Virus record (IMG/VR): IMGVR_UViG_3300045988_075126
Span: 32,001-96,000 of that record
Source: a virus
Length of the DNA: 64,000 nt
Strand: one strand, 5' to 3'
Below are positions 16,501 through 24,258 of this stretch, piece by piece (within the stretch, counting starts at the first letter, position 1; the number at the start of each line of letters is the position of its first letter). The position numbers and the translations under genes are program-made. The notes beneath the pieces are model-generated. The model was not told the origin of the DNA. It did not search any database and worked only from the letters and a program-made list of their open reading frames with translations.

Positions 16501-17748
16501 ATGATTTACGTAAGGAACAAGGAAGGTAAGGCATTGATGCCAAGCGAGCGTGGAGCGAGGATAGGTTATCTTCTTCGCCATGGTAAGGCTCATGTTGTCA
16601 GCCGTGTTCCGTTTATCGTTCAGTTGGATTATGAGAGCACCACCTATACGCAGGAAGTGAGCCTTGGCATTGATGCTGGCTCAAAGCACATAGGCGTTTC
16701 GGCTAGTTCCGAGAAGAAGGAGCTGCTTGCAGCGCAGGTTGAGTTAAGAAGTGATGTTGTGAACTTGCTTTCTGCTCGCAGGGAGTTGAGACGGACAAGG
16801 CGAAACCGCAAGACACGTTACCGCAAGGTTCGTTTTGATAACCGCAAGAAGAAAGATGGTTGGCTTGCACCCAGTATTGAGCAAAAGGTTGAGAGCCACT
16901 TGAAGGTTATCCGCTTGGTTCATAAGTTACTTCCAATTACGAAGACCACTATTGAGGTTGCTCAGTTCGATGCTCAGAAAATCAAGAATACCGACATCAA
17001 GGGTGAGGAGTATCAGCAGGGCGAACAGATGGGCTTTTGGAATGTTAGGGAGTACGTCTTGGCAAGGGATGGGCACAAGTGCATTCACTGCAAGGGTAAG
17101 AGCAAAGACCCTATCTTGAATGTTCACCATTTGGAGAGCCGCAAGACTGGTAGCAATTCCCCAAGCAATCTCGTAACGCTTTGCGAGACCTGCCACAAGG
17201 CTTACCATCGTGGAGAGTTCGACTTGAAAGTCAAGCGTGGCACTACTTTGCGTGATGCTGCGGTGATGAACATTATGCGTTGGGCGGTCTATGAGCGAGC
17301 GAAGGCAGAGTTTGGGAATGTTCACTTGACTTATGGTTACATAACTAAGCACACTCGCATAGAGAATGGTATTGCTAAGAGCCATGCAGCCGATGCTTTC
17401 TGTATTGCCAAGAACGTAAATGCAATGCGGTTGGAATTCTTCTTCATGTGCCGTTGTGTTCCCCGTCATACGAGAGCCTTGCATGTAGCGAATCCAAAGA
17501 AAGGTGGCATCCGCAGAAGCACGATAGCCTCTCATAAGATAGGTAAGTCTCGCTTCCAGCGTTTCGACATGGTGCGGTGGATGGGCGAGGAATGCTTTAT
17601 CTTTGGCAGCACGCATGGTAATGTTGTTTTGCGTAAAATTGATGGTGTAAAGGTGCATGAAACGCAAGCTGTGAACATCAAGACGATAAAGTTTTTGAGG
17701 AGATTGAGAAATAATATTTTAGTTAAAGAAATAGTTTTTATAAGTTGA
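16501..17748 (+). CDS. iscB: IscB RNA-guided nuclease (RuvC-HNH, OMEGA family)
   Basis: 415 aa. PLMP-like KALMPSERG; RuvC-I SLGIDAGSKHIGVS; Arg-rich bridge helix RRELRRTRRNRKTRYRKVRFDNRKKK; HNH CIHCKG..NVHHLESR..NLVTLCETCHKAYH; RuvC-III KSHAADAF. Confidence 0.85.
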   Translation: MIYVRNKEGKALMPSERGARIGYLLRHGKAHVVSRVPFIVQLDYESTTYTQEVSLGIDAGSKHIGVSASSEKKELLAAQVELRSDVVNLLSARRELRRTRRNRKTRYRKVRFDNRKKKDGWLAPSIEQKVESHLKVIRLVHKLLPITKTTIEVAQFDAQKIKNTDIKGEEYQQGEQMGFWNVREYVLARDGHKCIHCKGKSKDPILNVHHLESRKTGSNSPSNLVTLCETCHKAYHRGEFDLKVKRGTTLRDAAVMNIMRWAVYERAKAEFGNVHLTYGYITKHTRIENGIAKSHAADAFCIAKNVNAMRLEFFFMCRCVPRHTRALHVANPKKGGIRRSTIASHKIGKSRFQRFDMVRWMGEECFIFGSTHGNVVLRKIDGVKVHETQAVNIKTIKFLRRLRNNILVKEIVFIS

Positions 17749-17754
17749 ATTATT

Positions 17755-18045
17755 ATGGATTTAGGAAAGGCGATTAAGACAATGAGGGTAAGCAAGGGCT
17801 TGACCCAACGACAACTTGGTAAGGCTATCGGTTGTAGCGAGACAAATATGTTGTTTATGGAGACCGGAAGAACGTTTCCACGTAAGGGTAAGATTGATGC
17901 AATATGCAAGGTATTGGAGATTCCGATGTCATATTTGTTGATGTTCTCTATTACACCGGATGATATTCCGGAAGATAAGCAGAGTTTGTATACAAGCATC
18001 GTTGAGCCGATGCGTAACGAATTTATTAGGGAGTTGTTGCGATGA
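17755..18045 (+). CDS. XRE-family helix-turn-helix protein
   Basis: MDLGKAIKTMRVSKGLTQRQLGKAIGCSETNMLFMETG is a classic HTH_3 pattern. Confidence 0.75.
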   Translation: MDLGKAIKTMRVSKGLTQRQLGKAIGCSETNMLFMETGRTFPRKGKIDAICKVLEIPMSYLLMFSITPDDIPEDKQSLYTSIVEPMRNEFIRELLR

Positions 18046-18275
18046 AGAAAGGCTATTATTTTGTGGCTAAGTATGTCAAGAATGGCATAACACGAATATG
18101 TACAGGTACACAAGAGACGATTGAAGGCTATTTTGATTTCGTCAGTGCTAGTAATTTTATAGCAAAGGAACATAATGTTGATTTCGAAGACGTAATTGTA
18201 ACTTTTTGGTCTGAGATTAATTCAATAATGTTAGATAAATATAGGAAAACATTAGGAGAGCAGAAAAATGGTTGA
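18042..18275 (+). CDS. hypothetical protein
   Basis: ORF track, 77 aa, 4-nt overlap. Confidence 0.55.
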   Translation: MKKGYYFVAKYVKNGITRICTGTQETIEGYFDFVSASNFIAKEHNVDFEDVIVTFWSEINSIMLDKYRKTLGEQKNG

Positions 18276-18456
18276 ATTCGAGTACGAAGGAAATATCATT
18301 TGGAAAAATTACGACTTTCATTTTATGCCTTGTGTAGGAGATAAAGTTGTGATTAACAATCTGACATACAAGATTAAGTCTCGTGTGTTCAAGTGTGATG
18401 GGAAGATAGTTAAAGTGGTTTTAAAAAAGGTAGATAATGAAATTACGAATAGTTAA
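18268..18456 (+). CDS. hypothetical protein
   Basis: ORF track, 62 aa. Confidence 0.5.
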   Translation: MVEFEYEGNIIWKNYDFHFMPCVGDKVVINNLTYKIKSRVFKCDGKIVKVVLKKVDNEITNS

Positions 18457-18778
18457 ACATGTTTGTGCCGATGGAGTAGAAAGAGGTATATTGGAGTACC
18501 GCAACCATTGGTGGGAGAAGTGGAAGCCATTGCATCAGGAAGGCAAGCTGGCTTATGTCTCATATATGGGAACGAAACCATATAAGTCATTGCAGGAAGA
18601 GTGCTTTGATGTACTAGGATTGAATGAAGAACAGATAAAGGTGCGTGAACAGATGTTCCGTTATATCTTGGATGCAGAAGAGGTATATGTTGGTGCTAGA
18701 ATAGGCAACGAATATCATATCGGCTATGATGTTGATAATGATGAGAGTCTTGAAACGCTTAGAAATTTGGAGGAATAG
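18437..18778 (+). CDS. hypothetical protein
   Basis: ORF track, 113 aa. Confidence 0.55.
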   Translation: MKLRIVKHVCADGVERGILEYRNHWWEKWKPLHQEGKLAYVSYMGTKPYKSLQEECFDVLGLNEEQIKVREQMFRYILDAEEVYVGARIGNEYHIGYDVDNDESLETLRNLEE

Positions 18779-18780
18779 TT

Positions 18781-19077
18781 ATGTTCGGAAAGATTTTTTC
18801 GGTTAAGACCGATATTGTATATCGTAGAGAAGAGAGTTTGAATCTCTTCGATGGCAAGAAGAAACTTGATAAGGTGGTGTCTGGTCGGGTAATCAGAGAA
18901 CAAATCAAGTTGTTTGGTTTCACCATCAGGACAAAGTATTTTTATCAGATTTGCTGCCCACAAGTCAATATGAATGATACCCATGAGGTTTGCACATTGA
19001 ATAAGGTCGAGGATTTGGTTAGAACAGAGTGCTATAACAAGGTTGTTGAATATTCAAACAGAAAGCATCATGCCTAG
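18781..19077 (+). CDS. hypothetical protein
   Basis: ORF track, 98 aa. Confidence 0.55.
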   Translation: MFGKIFSVKTDIVYRREESLNLFDGKKKLDKVVSGRVIREQIKLFGFTIRTKYFYQICCPQVNMNDTHEVCTLNKVEDLVRTECYNKVVEYSNRKHHA

Positions 19078-19894
19078 TGTAAATTGTTTCAGAAGAGTCT
19101 TGTTGAATGTAGGTGGCAAGAAGATAGTCATAAGTGTTCCGAATGGAATGACCGAAACCGAAGTGAATAAGATTATGGTCGTTACTAGGGCTTATCTTCA
19201 GCAGTATGTATATGTCGAAATGGTCTTAGCAGAGTGCTTTATGCAGAAAATCGAAAAGAGTATTCTGAAGAAGAAATGCGTTAGGTTTGAAGTTAAGAAG
19301 AAGTGGGTAGACTGCAAGAAGAACCTTCGAAAGGTGGTTAAGTATTATGACGCTTATGTTCCTAATGCAGATTTTAATGAAGAATTCGCAATGACGTTCT
19401 ATGACAAGATTAGTGGAGACTTGTATAAGTTGCGAGATAAGCTTGCTTTAAGATTACAGAACTTAGGGATTGGAGAAAAATCGGGAGTTTATGCGAATGC
19501 AATCATCCTGTACAATCTGACAAACCTTTGTTTGGGAACTTATGAGAATATCATCCGTAAGTTGTATGAAGATTTGCATGTTAACTTAATGCAAGCGTTC
19601 AAGGACTTTGCCCCTATATTGGCCTTTGAAAACTCTTATGACTTCATGGCATTGGTGATGGATAAGGATTTCAAGAGATTGGCTGACCATTTGATGACTA
19701 AAGAAATTCTTTCTTATTTCGATAAGGTAAGAAAAGGTGTCTTTGATGAACAGACTTTGAATGAGGCGGCTATCAATGCAACGGAAGACCTGAAGGACGA
19801 TGAGAAGGATTTACAGCGAACTTATATAGGAATTAGTGACTTTATGAAGAGTGACTATCCTTTGGAGAGTGTGACATCTAAGAAAGCAAGCTGA
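19070..19894 (+). CDS. hypothetical protein
   Basis: First ATG (MPSVNCF) inside ORF 19043-19894, overlapping the upstream stop by 8 nt. Confidence 0.6.
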   Translation: MPSVNCFRRVLLNVGGKKIVISVPNGMTETEVNKIMVVTRAYLQQYVYVEMVLAECFMQKIEKSILKKKCVRFEVKKKWVDCKKNLRKVVKYYDAYVPNADFNEEFAMTFYDKISGDLYKLRDKLALRLQNLGIGEKSGVYANAIILYNLTNLCLGTYENIIRKLYEDLHVNLMQAFKDFAPILAFENSYDFMALVMDKDFKRLADHLMTKEILSYFDKVRKGVFDEQTLNEAAINATEDLKDDEKDLQRTYIGISDFMKSDYPLESVTSKKAS

Positions 19895-20151
19895 TGAAGA
19901 TTGAACCAAGTGAGTTCTTGCCGATAGGTAATGAGTTTCAGAAAATCTTCGGTGTAAGCTTTGGAAAGTTCATTGATATGCGGTTTCTTTTGGCAAGAAA
20001 AGAGCTGGTCTTCAACTTGCTGAAGTTCACAGACTGGCTTGAAGAACGTTATCCGGATGAGTGTTCCATTGATGGAGTGAGTTACAATGCGGTTGTCGGG
20101 CGAAAGTTTGGCAAGCGAGGTGTTAAAATGATTAAGAAGTTGATAGGATGA
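19894..20151 (+). CDS. hypothetical protein
   Basis: ORF track, 85 aa, start overlaps the previous stop. Confidence 0.55.
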   Translation: MKIEPSEFLPIGNEFQKIFGVSFGKFIDMRFLLARKELVFNLLKFTDWLEERYPDECSIDGVSYNAVVGRKFGKRGVKMIKKLIG

Positions 20152-20873
20152 AGTACATGGGTAGTAAGGCTAGAATCGTGCATGAGATATTGCCGATTAT
20201 GCTGGACAAAGAACATGATACGTTTGTTGACGCTTTCTGTGGTGGATGTAGTGTTATTGAAAATGTGCCGGACACGTATCGCAGGATTGCCAACGATAAG
20301 AATAGGTATCTTATCGAAATGTGGAAGTATCTTCAGAATGATGGGTTTGTCTTCAACCATATTAGCAAGACGTTGTATAACTTTGCACGAGACTGTTATC
20401 ATGGAAAGAATAATTACTTCACAGAAGCAGGTGTCGGACTAATTGGCTTTATGGCGAGCTTTAATGGTCGTTTCTTTGATGGTGGCTATAGCGGACATAA
20501 TGTGGTCGGCAAGAACGGAAAGGTAAGAGATTACATAAGGGAGCAGATAGAAAACACAATGCGTGATGTGCCTCTTCTCAAAGGTGTTGAGTTCTATAGC
20601 GGCAGTTATGATGAACTTGTGATACCGGATAGGAGTATAGTGTATTGCGATTTGCCTTACAAAGCTACGAAAAAGTATGATGTATCAAAGAATTTCGATT
20701 ACGAAAGATTCTATATATGGTGCATGGAAATGGCTAGAAGAGGTCATAAGGTCTTTATCAGCGAGTACCAGATGCCCCAAGAGTTCAGATGTGTTTGGGA
20801 AAAGGAAGTAACCAATTCCCTTAACCCGAATATCACAAAGAGACCAGTCGAAAGGTTGTTTACAATTGATTAG
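20148..20873 (+). CDS. dam: N6-adenine DNA methyltransferase (D12/Dam class)
   Basis: N-terminal MKYMGSKARIV (SAM-binding GSK motif) and catalytic DPPY-type VYCDLPYKAT. Confidence 0.8.
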   Translation: MKYMGSKARIVHEILPIMLDKEHDTFVDAFCGGCSVIENVPDTYRRIANDKNRYLIEMWKYLQNDGFVFNHISKTLYNFARDCYHGKNNYFTEAGVGLIGFMASFNGRFFDGGYSGHNVVGKNGKVRDYIREQIENTMRDVPLLKGVEFYSGSYDELVIPDRSIVYCDLPYKATKKYDVSKNFDYERFYIWCMEMARRGHKVFISEYQMPQEFRCVWEKEVTNSLNPNITKRPVERLFTID

Positions 20874-20882
20874 AAAGAAGAA

Positions 20883-21041
20883 ATGAAAGAAACTTATTGC
20901 TTGGAAGATACGCTTTACAACACAAAGCGTTACTTCACTTTGGAAAATGGTGTAGTATCAGGAACGGAACTTGCGCAGGAAGACTTTAATGTGTTCCTCG
21001 ACCTTGCAAGTTGTCTTGGTTATAATGTAGTGAAACTATGA
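20883..21041 (+). CDS. hypothetical small protein (52 aa)
   Basis: Below the ORF-track cutoff. ATG 20883, stop TGA 21039-21041, ATGA-coupled to the next small ORF. Confidence 0.4.
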   Translation: MKETYCLEDTLYNTKRYFTLENGVVSGTELAQEDFNVFLDLASCLGYNVVKL

Positions 21042-21199
21042 CAAGGCGAGTAAACAAGGATTGTCCGTTCACAGCAGAAGAACTGGATGGGTTCAGAGCT
21101 GCTTTGTATAGTGTGAATACATCGTTTCACTGCTGTAATGCAGCTCCGGTAGATTGGGCGGCAGGTTGGCAGCGGAATGATATAAGAAAGTCAAGGTAG
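21038..21199 (+). CDS. hypothetical small protein (53 aa)
   Basis: MTRRVNKDCPFTAEELDGFRAALYSVNTSFHCCNAAPVDWAAGWQRNDIRKSR, ends at TAG 21197-21199. Protein-like composition. Confidence 0.4.
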   Translation: MTRRVNKDCPFTAEELDGFRAALYSVNTSFHCCNAAPVDWAAGWQRNDIRKSR

Positions 21200-21640
21200 G
21201 ATTGCCATAATCTACCAAATTTCCACGTATCAAAGCCGTGTGATGCCTTGCGTGGGGGCAGGATGGTAAACTTAGGAGTCGCACGGCTTTATTTGGAAGT
21301 TTCCATATCTACAAATAGCCTATCGCTAATGGTTGTTCCCTTGGGCAGGGAAATAGTTAATACCGCATCGTAAGATGTGAACACTTAAAATTGCCGATAG
21401 CCATTGGCAAATGCCCATCAGTCAGCGACAGAAACCCTTGGGCAAGGTTGGGAATGGTGCACAGTCTTCAAATTCGCATCTGTCGCTGACAAACGGATGA
21501 GTGGCATTGGCAACTGAAAGCAATGCGACCCTCGCAAACTTGGAGCGGATTTCTTGATTAAACATTCCGTGTACTGGGTCACTGGGGAGGTATTGCCACC
21601 AAGAAGGGTTTGAATCCCTTCTCATCCACTAATTTTAAAA
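21200..21640 (+). ncRNA. candidate large structured RNA with tRNA-like 3' module (class unknown)
   Basis: No + strand ORF over 40 codons. Perfect long-range helices 21232-40/21282-90 (9 bp) and 21421-31/21480-90 (11 bp). Twin CCCTTGGGCA hairpins (21336-52, 21436-47). 3' module 21495-21628 with acceptor-like GGATGAG/CTCATCC and T-arm AAGGG-TTTGAAT-CCCTT. Confidence 0.45.
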
Positions 21641-21649
21641 GGTTAAATT

Positions 21650-21877
21650 ATGAATGAATTTTGTAAGGATTTAATTTCAAAAGGCGTTCCTAGATGGGTA
21701 GTAGAGGATGCCTATAAATTTACAATTGAGCCTTTGAAATCAACAGAAGGCTTGGTAGGAATTGATAAGGAAAATAGTGAGCTATATAGAAATGTCATTA
21801 TCGCAGCCTACATTGAGGGTGCTAGTGCTACATTGTTAAAAGTGCAAAGATATTATGGCGGTGAGGAACATAGTTAG
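21650..21877 (+). CDS. hypothetical protein
   Basis: ORF track, 75 aa. Confidence 0.55.
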   Translation: MNEFCKDLISKGVPRWVVEDAYKFTIEPLKSTEGLVGIDKENSELYRNVIIAAYIEGASATLLKVQRYYGGEEHS

Positions 21878-22094
21878 ACAATGGAACGAGGCAACTGAAG
21901 GATATTCGTACCGCTTCAAAGGTGGAGATATTTTCCTCCGGTTGGTTAAGGCTGAAGAATGTTACGAATTGCGTAACCCTATAGGCTATGGTGTTCAAGT
22001 AGTCAAGTGCAAAGACTTGGATGAAGCAGATGCTAAAGCCAAGGAAGTGCTAGAAGCGTTTTTTGATGACAAAGTTAATATAAAAGCAATCTGA
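21855..22094 (+). CDS. hypothetical protein
   Basis: ORF track, 79 aa, overlaps the upstream gene by 23 nt. Confidence 0.5.
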   Translation: MAVRNIVRQWNEATEGYSYRFKGGDIFLRLVKAEECYELRNPIGYGVQVVKCKDLDEADAKAKEVLEAFFDDKVNIKAI

Positions 22095-22096
22095 TT

Positions 22097-22366
22097 ATGG
22101 ACTTAGAATTAATGATTGATAAGATAGATTTTAATCAAGGTGCAAGGCAGATAGCCAAACAAGCCTTGGAGTTGGGAATGAAATGCCAAAAGGAATGTGC
22201 TTGGCATCCGGTAGAAGAATTGCCTGAGCACAACAGACGCATTGTCGGTTTGACCAAGGTTCGCAAGCGTTTCAAGCATCTGAATTTCATGGGTGAGGAA
22301 TGGTGGAAGAAGTTTACGGAGTCCAACGCCATCTATAAATGGGCTTATGTTGAGGACTTGATTTAA
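22097..22366 (+). CDS. hypothetical protein (DUF551-like W..V/I..LP motif)
   Basis: 89 aa with CAWHPVEELPEHNRRIVGL, similar to several other small ORFs in the window. Confidence 0.55.
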   Translation: MDLELMIDKIDFNQGARQIAKQALELGMKCQKECAWHPVEELPEHNRRIVGLTKVRKRFKHLNFMGEEWWKKFTESNAIYKWAYVEDLI

Positions 22367-22367
22367 A

Positions 22368-22733
22368 ATGAAAGATATAAAGCGTATACCTAAAATAGGT
22401 GAGGTTATTTCTTTCTTTGATGATGGTAAGGTCTGTTGCTCTAGGTTGTATAAGGCAATCATAAAGGACGTGGTTTTATATGCTTATGCACCGGATTATG
22501 TAAAGCAAGCATTCAAGACTAATTCAGAAGTGTGTAGTTGGATCTGGAATGGAACAACTGATTATTTCATTGGTTGTGTTATTAAAGAGTATGATAAGAA
22601 TGAAATTTGGTTTGCTCGCACAAAAGAAGGTGGTTGGTTTAGTTTAGATATTCAGTCCGATTGGCAAGGTGGAGTACTTGATGTAGATGGAGAATTAAAG
22701 AAAGTACTAGATAGTAATCGAAGAAATCCATAA
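22368..22733 (+). CDS. hypothetical protein
   Basis: ORF track, 121 aa. Confidence 0.6.
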   Translation: MKDIKRIPKIGEVISFFDDGKVCCSRLYKAIIKDVVLYAYAPDYVKQAFKTNSEVCSWIWNGTTDYFIGCVIKEYDKNEIWFARTKEGGWFSLDIQSDWQGGVLDVDGELKKVLDSNRRNP

Positions 22734-22756
22734 TGCTATTTTGTTTTAAATGTTTG

Positions 22757-22796
22757 CCCCATCACTATATATAATAATGTAGTGGTGGGGATTTTA
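22757..22796 (+). terminator. intrinsic terminator
   Basis: 11-bp stem CCCCATCACTA(22757-67)/TAGTGGTGGGG(22780-90) followed by ATTTTAG. Confidence 0.55.
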
Positions 22797-22868
22797 GTGT
22801 TAACGTCAGTGAATTATTAATTTATATTATTATAGTGTGTTAAAAGATAAAAGAAATACATTAAATAA

Positions 22869-22958
22869 TTTGCATGTTTCGGATATTCTTTGTATCTTTG
22901 CATCGTAGTTAAGAAACAAGGTTACTAATTAAAAAGGTGAGACACACCATAAAAACTG
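22869..22958 (+). promoter_or_regulatory. promoter-leader cassette (TTTG -33, TATCTTTG -7 at 22893-22900, hairpin motif 22936-22958)
   Basis: TTTG-20 nt-TATCTTTGCATCG...TTAAGAAACAAGGTTAC...GGTGAGACACACCATAAAAACTG, 10 nt before ATG 22969. About 90% identical to 52798-52919. Confidence 0.7.
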
Positions 22959-22968
22959 TAATAAGAAA

Positions 22969-23229
22969 ATGGAAAAGAATAATGCTTATGTAGAGGTGTT
23001 ATTAAAGATTGCTAGCCTCATGGGTAGAACAAAGGAGTCTATCCAGATGTCGTCTTCTAATACCCATACGAGTATTATGATGTTTGCCGCAAATAATAGC
23101 AAGATTATTGGAAATTGGTATTTTGATGCTTCCGATAGCAAGGAGTTGGTGGATGCTACTTTCAATAGTCTGAAGGCTTTGGTTGAGTCTCTTGAGCACA
23201 ATAAGAGCAATGACGGACAAGCAGCGTAA
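22969..23229 (+). CDS. hypothetical protein
   Basis: ORF track, 86 aa. Confidence 0.6.
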   Translation: MEKNNAYVEVLLKIASLMGRTKESIQMSSSNTHTSIMMFAANNSKIIGNWYFDASDSKELVDATFNSLKALVESLEHNKSNDGQAA

Positions 23230-23458
23230 GTACATAGAAAGTCTTATCAAGAAAGTGTTTCGTAATGCAGATTCGCAGAGCGAAATACTTTCCAGATTGG
23301 ATAGGGTTAAGATTTCAAGCCAACAAGCTTCAGTAATGATACATGCATTGAAGTTAGAGTGCAACATCGGTCGTTCCGTTCCGGCATATATGTTAATGGC
23401 AAATAATCTAAATCCAAAAATGGATGAGTTCTTTAGCATATTAGGTTATGATGAATAA
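23210..23458 (+). CDS. hypothetical protein
   Basis: Internal ATG (MTDKQRKY) of ORF 23183-23458. 20-nt overlap with the upstream gene. Confidence 0.55.
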   Translation: MTDKQRKYIESLIKKVFRNADSQSEILSRLDRVKISSQQASVMIHALKLECNIGRSVPAYMLMANNLNPKMDEFFSILGYDE

Positions 23459-23487
23459 CGGATTCGTCAAGAAGAAAAGAAGTTGAT

Positions 23488-23763
23488 ATGAAAAAGGTAT
23501 TTATGATAATTGCCGTTGCCGCCATTTTGGTAGGTTGCAAAGGTAAGGGTACAAGAGTCCAAATCTCGGATTTTGTTGACAAATTCAAGGTCGAGAAATT
23601 GTTTGTTGTTGATAGTATAACAGTGTACAGGTTTTATGACCAAGGAAATGCTATCTATTTCACTAACCGGAAAGGTAGGGTATATGCAACCCATTCCGAG
23701 TACAATCCGGTTACTCATACATACAATGACGAGGTTAACGAAACTTTATGTGAAGGAGATTGA
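23488..23763 (+). CDS. small lipoprotein
   Basis: MKKVFMIIAVAAILVGCKG: signal peptide plus lipobox (LVGC). Confidence 0.65.
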   Translation: MKKVFMIIAVAAILVGCKGKGTRVQISDFVDKFKVEKLFVVDSITVYRFYDQGNAIYFTNRKGRVYATHSEYNPVTHTYNDEVNETLCEGD

Positions 23764-23765
23764 AA

Positions 23766-23978
23766 ATGAATAAACGAAAATGCAAGAAGTTATTCTACAA
23801 GGAGAGTACTAAATGGCTTTTGAAAAGAGGTTGGACTGACGGTTATATAAGTCCTAATACTATAAAATATGTAGTAAGAAAGTTAGAAAAACTCACAAAG
23901 TTAAAACTTTTATACTACTTACATAATAAAGTTGAAGAAGATTACTTTATGATAAGGAAGGAGGTGAACAATGACTAA
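23766..23978 (+). CDS. hypothetical basic protein
   Basis: First ATG in ORF 23760-23978 (track start is TTG). Confidence 0.5.
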   Translation: MNKRKCKKLFYKESTKWLLKRGWTDGYISPNTIKYVVRKLEKLTKLKLLYYLHNKVEEDYFMIRKEVNND

Positions 23979-24159
23979 ATGGTACTCTGCAAAAGAAGCT
24001 CCAAACTACGAAGAATGGATTCTTACAGAATGGTATGATGGAGACGATGGAGGTATTAAGTACGAAGCTGATTATCTTTACTCTTTAGTTTATTGGAAAG
24101 ATTATGTAAGGAGAAACAACATCACAAAGTGGTGCTATATTAAAGATATAAAAGATTAG
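23971..24159 (+). CDS. hypothetical protein (DUF551-like)
   Basis: 62 aa. KWYSAKEAPNYEEWILTEW pattern. Confidence 0.5.
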   Translation: MTKWYSAKEAPNYEEWILTEWYDGDDGGIKYEADYLYSLVYWKDYVRRNNITKWCYIKDIKD

Positions 24160-24258
24160 GTATATGAAAGTACTTAAGAAGATTTTTTGTGAGCATATTT
24201 TCGATAATCGAAATAAAGGCTTGTAGTGTTAGTCCGAATTTAAAGAGGAGGTTTGATT

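Noticed and set aside
16927-18173. Minus-strand ORFs 16927-17667 (246 aa) and 17532-18173 (213 aa).
   Set aside because: They are antisense to the motif-rich IscB and XRE genes and have no recognisable motifs. The + strand reading is fully explained.
21197-21372. Possible TAG read-through / alternative genetic code extending the 53-aa ORF 21038-21199.
   Set aside because: TAG is used as an ordinary stop elsewhere in the window (e.g. 13526-13528, 16231-16233). No suppressor tRNA (CTA anticodon) is present in the tRNA cluster.
16278-21551. Shared 11-mer TGGAGCGGATT between the omega-RNA region (16281-16291) and the structured region (21541-21551), possibly a second omega-RNA.
   Set aside because: The flanking sequence does not align, and a single 11-mer match between two regions of this size could be chance. 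Worth a covariance-model test but not claimed.
21093-21625. Minus-strand ORFs 21093-21284 and 21422-21625 (63 and 67 aa).
   Set aside because: They are short, opposite to the local transcription direction, and overlap the long-range helices of the candidate structured RNA. No motifs seen.
21495-21628. tmRNA, or a tRNA gene with an intron.
   Set aside because: No tag-peptide reading frame ending in a typical ...ALAA stop was found. The insert is too short (~78 nt) for a group I intron. The D-like arm is 6 bp. Kept only as a tRNA-like module within the structured-RNA finding.
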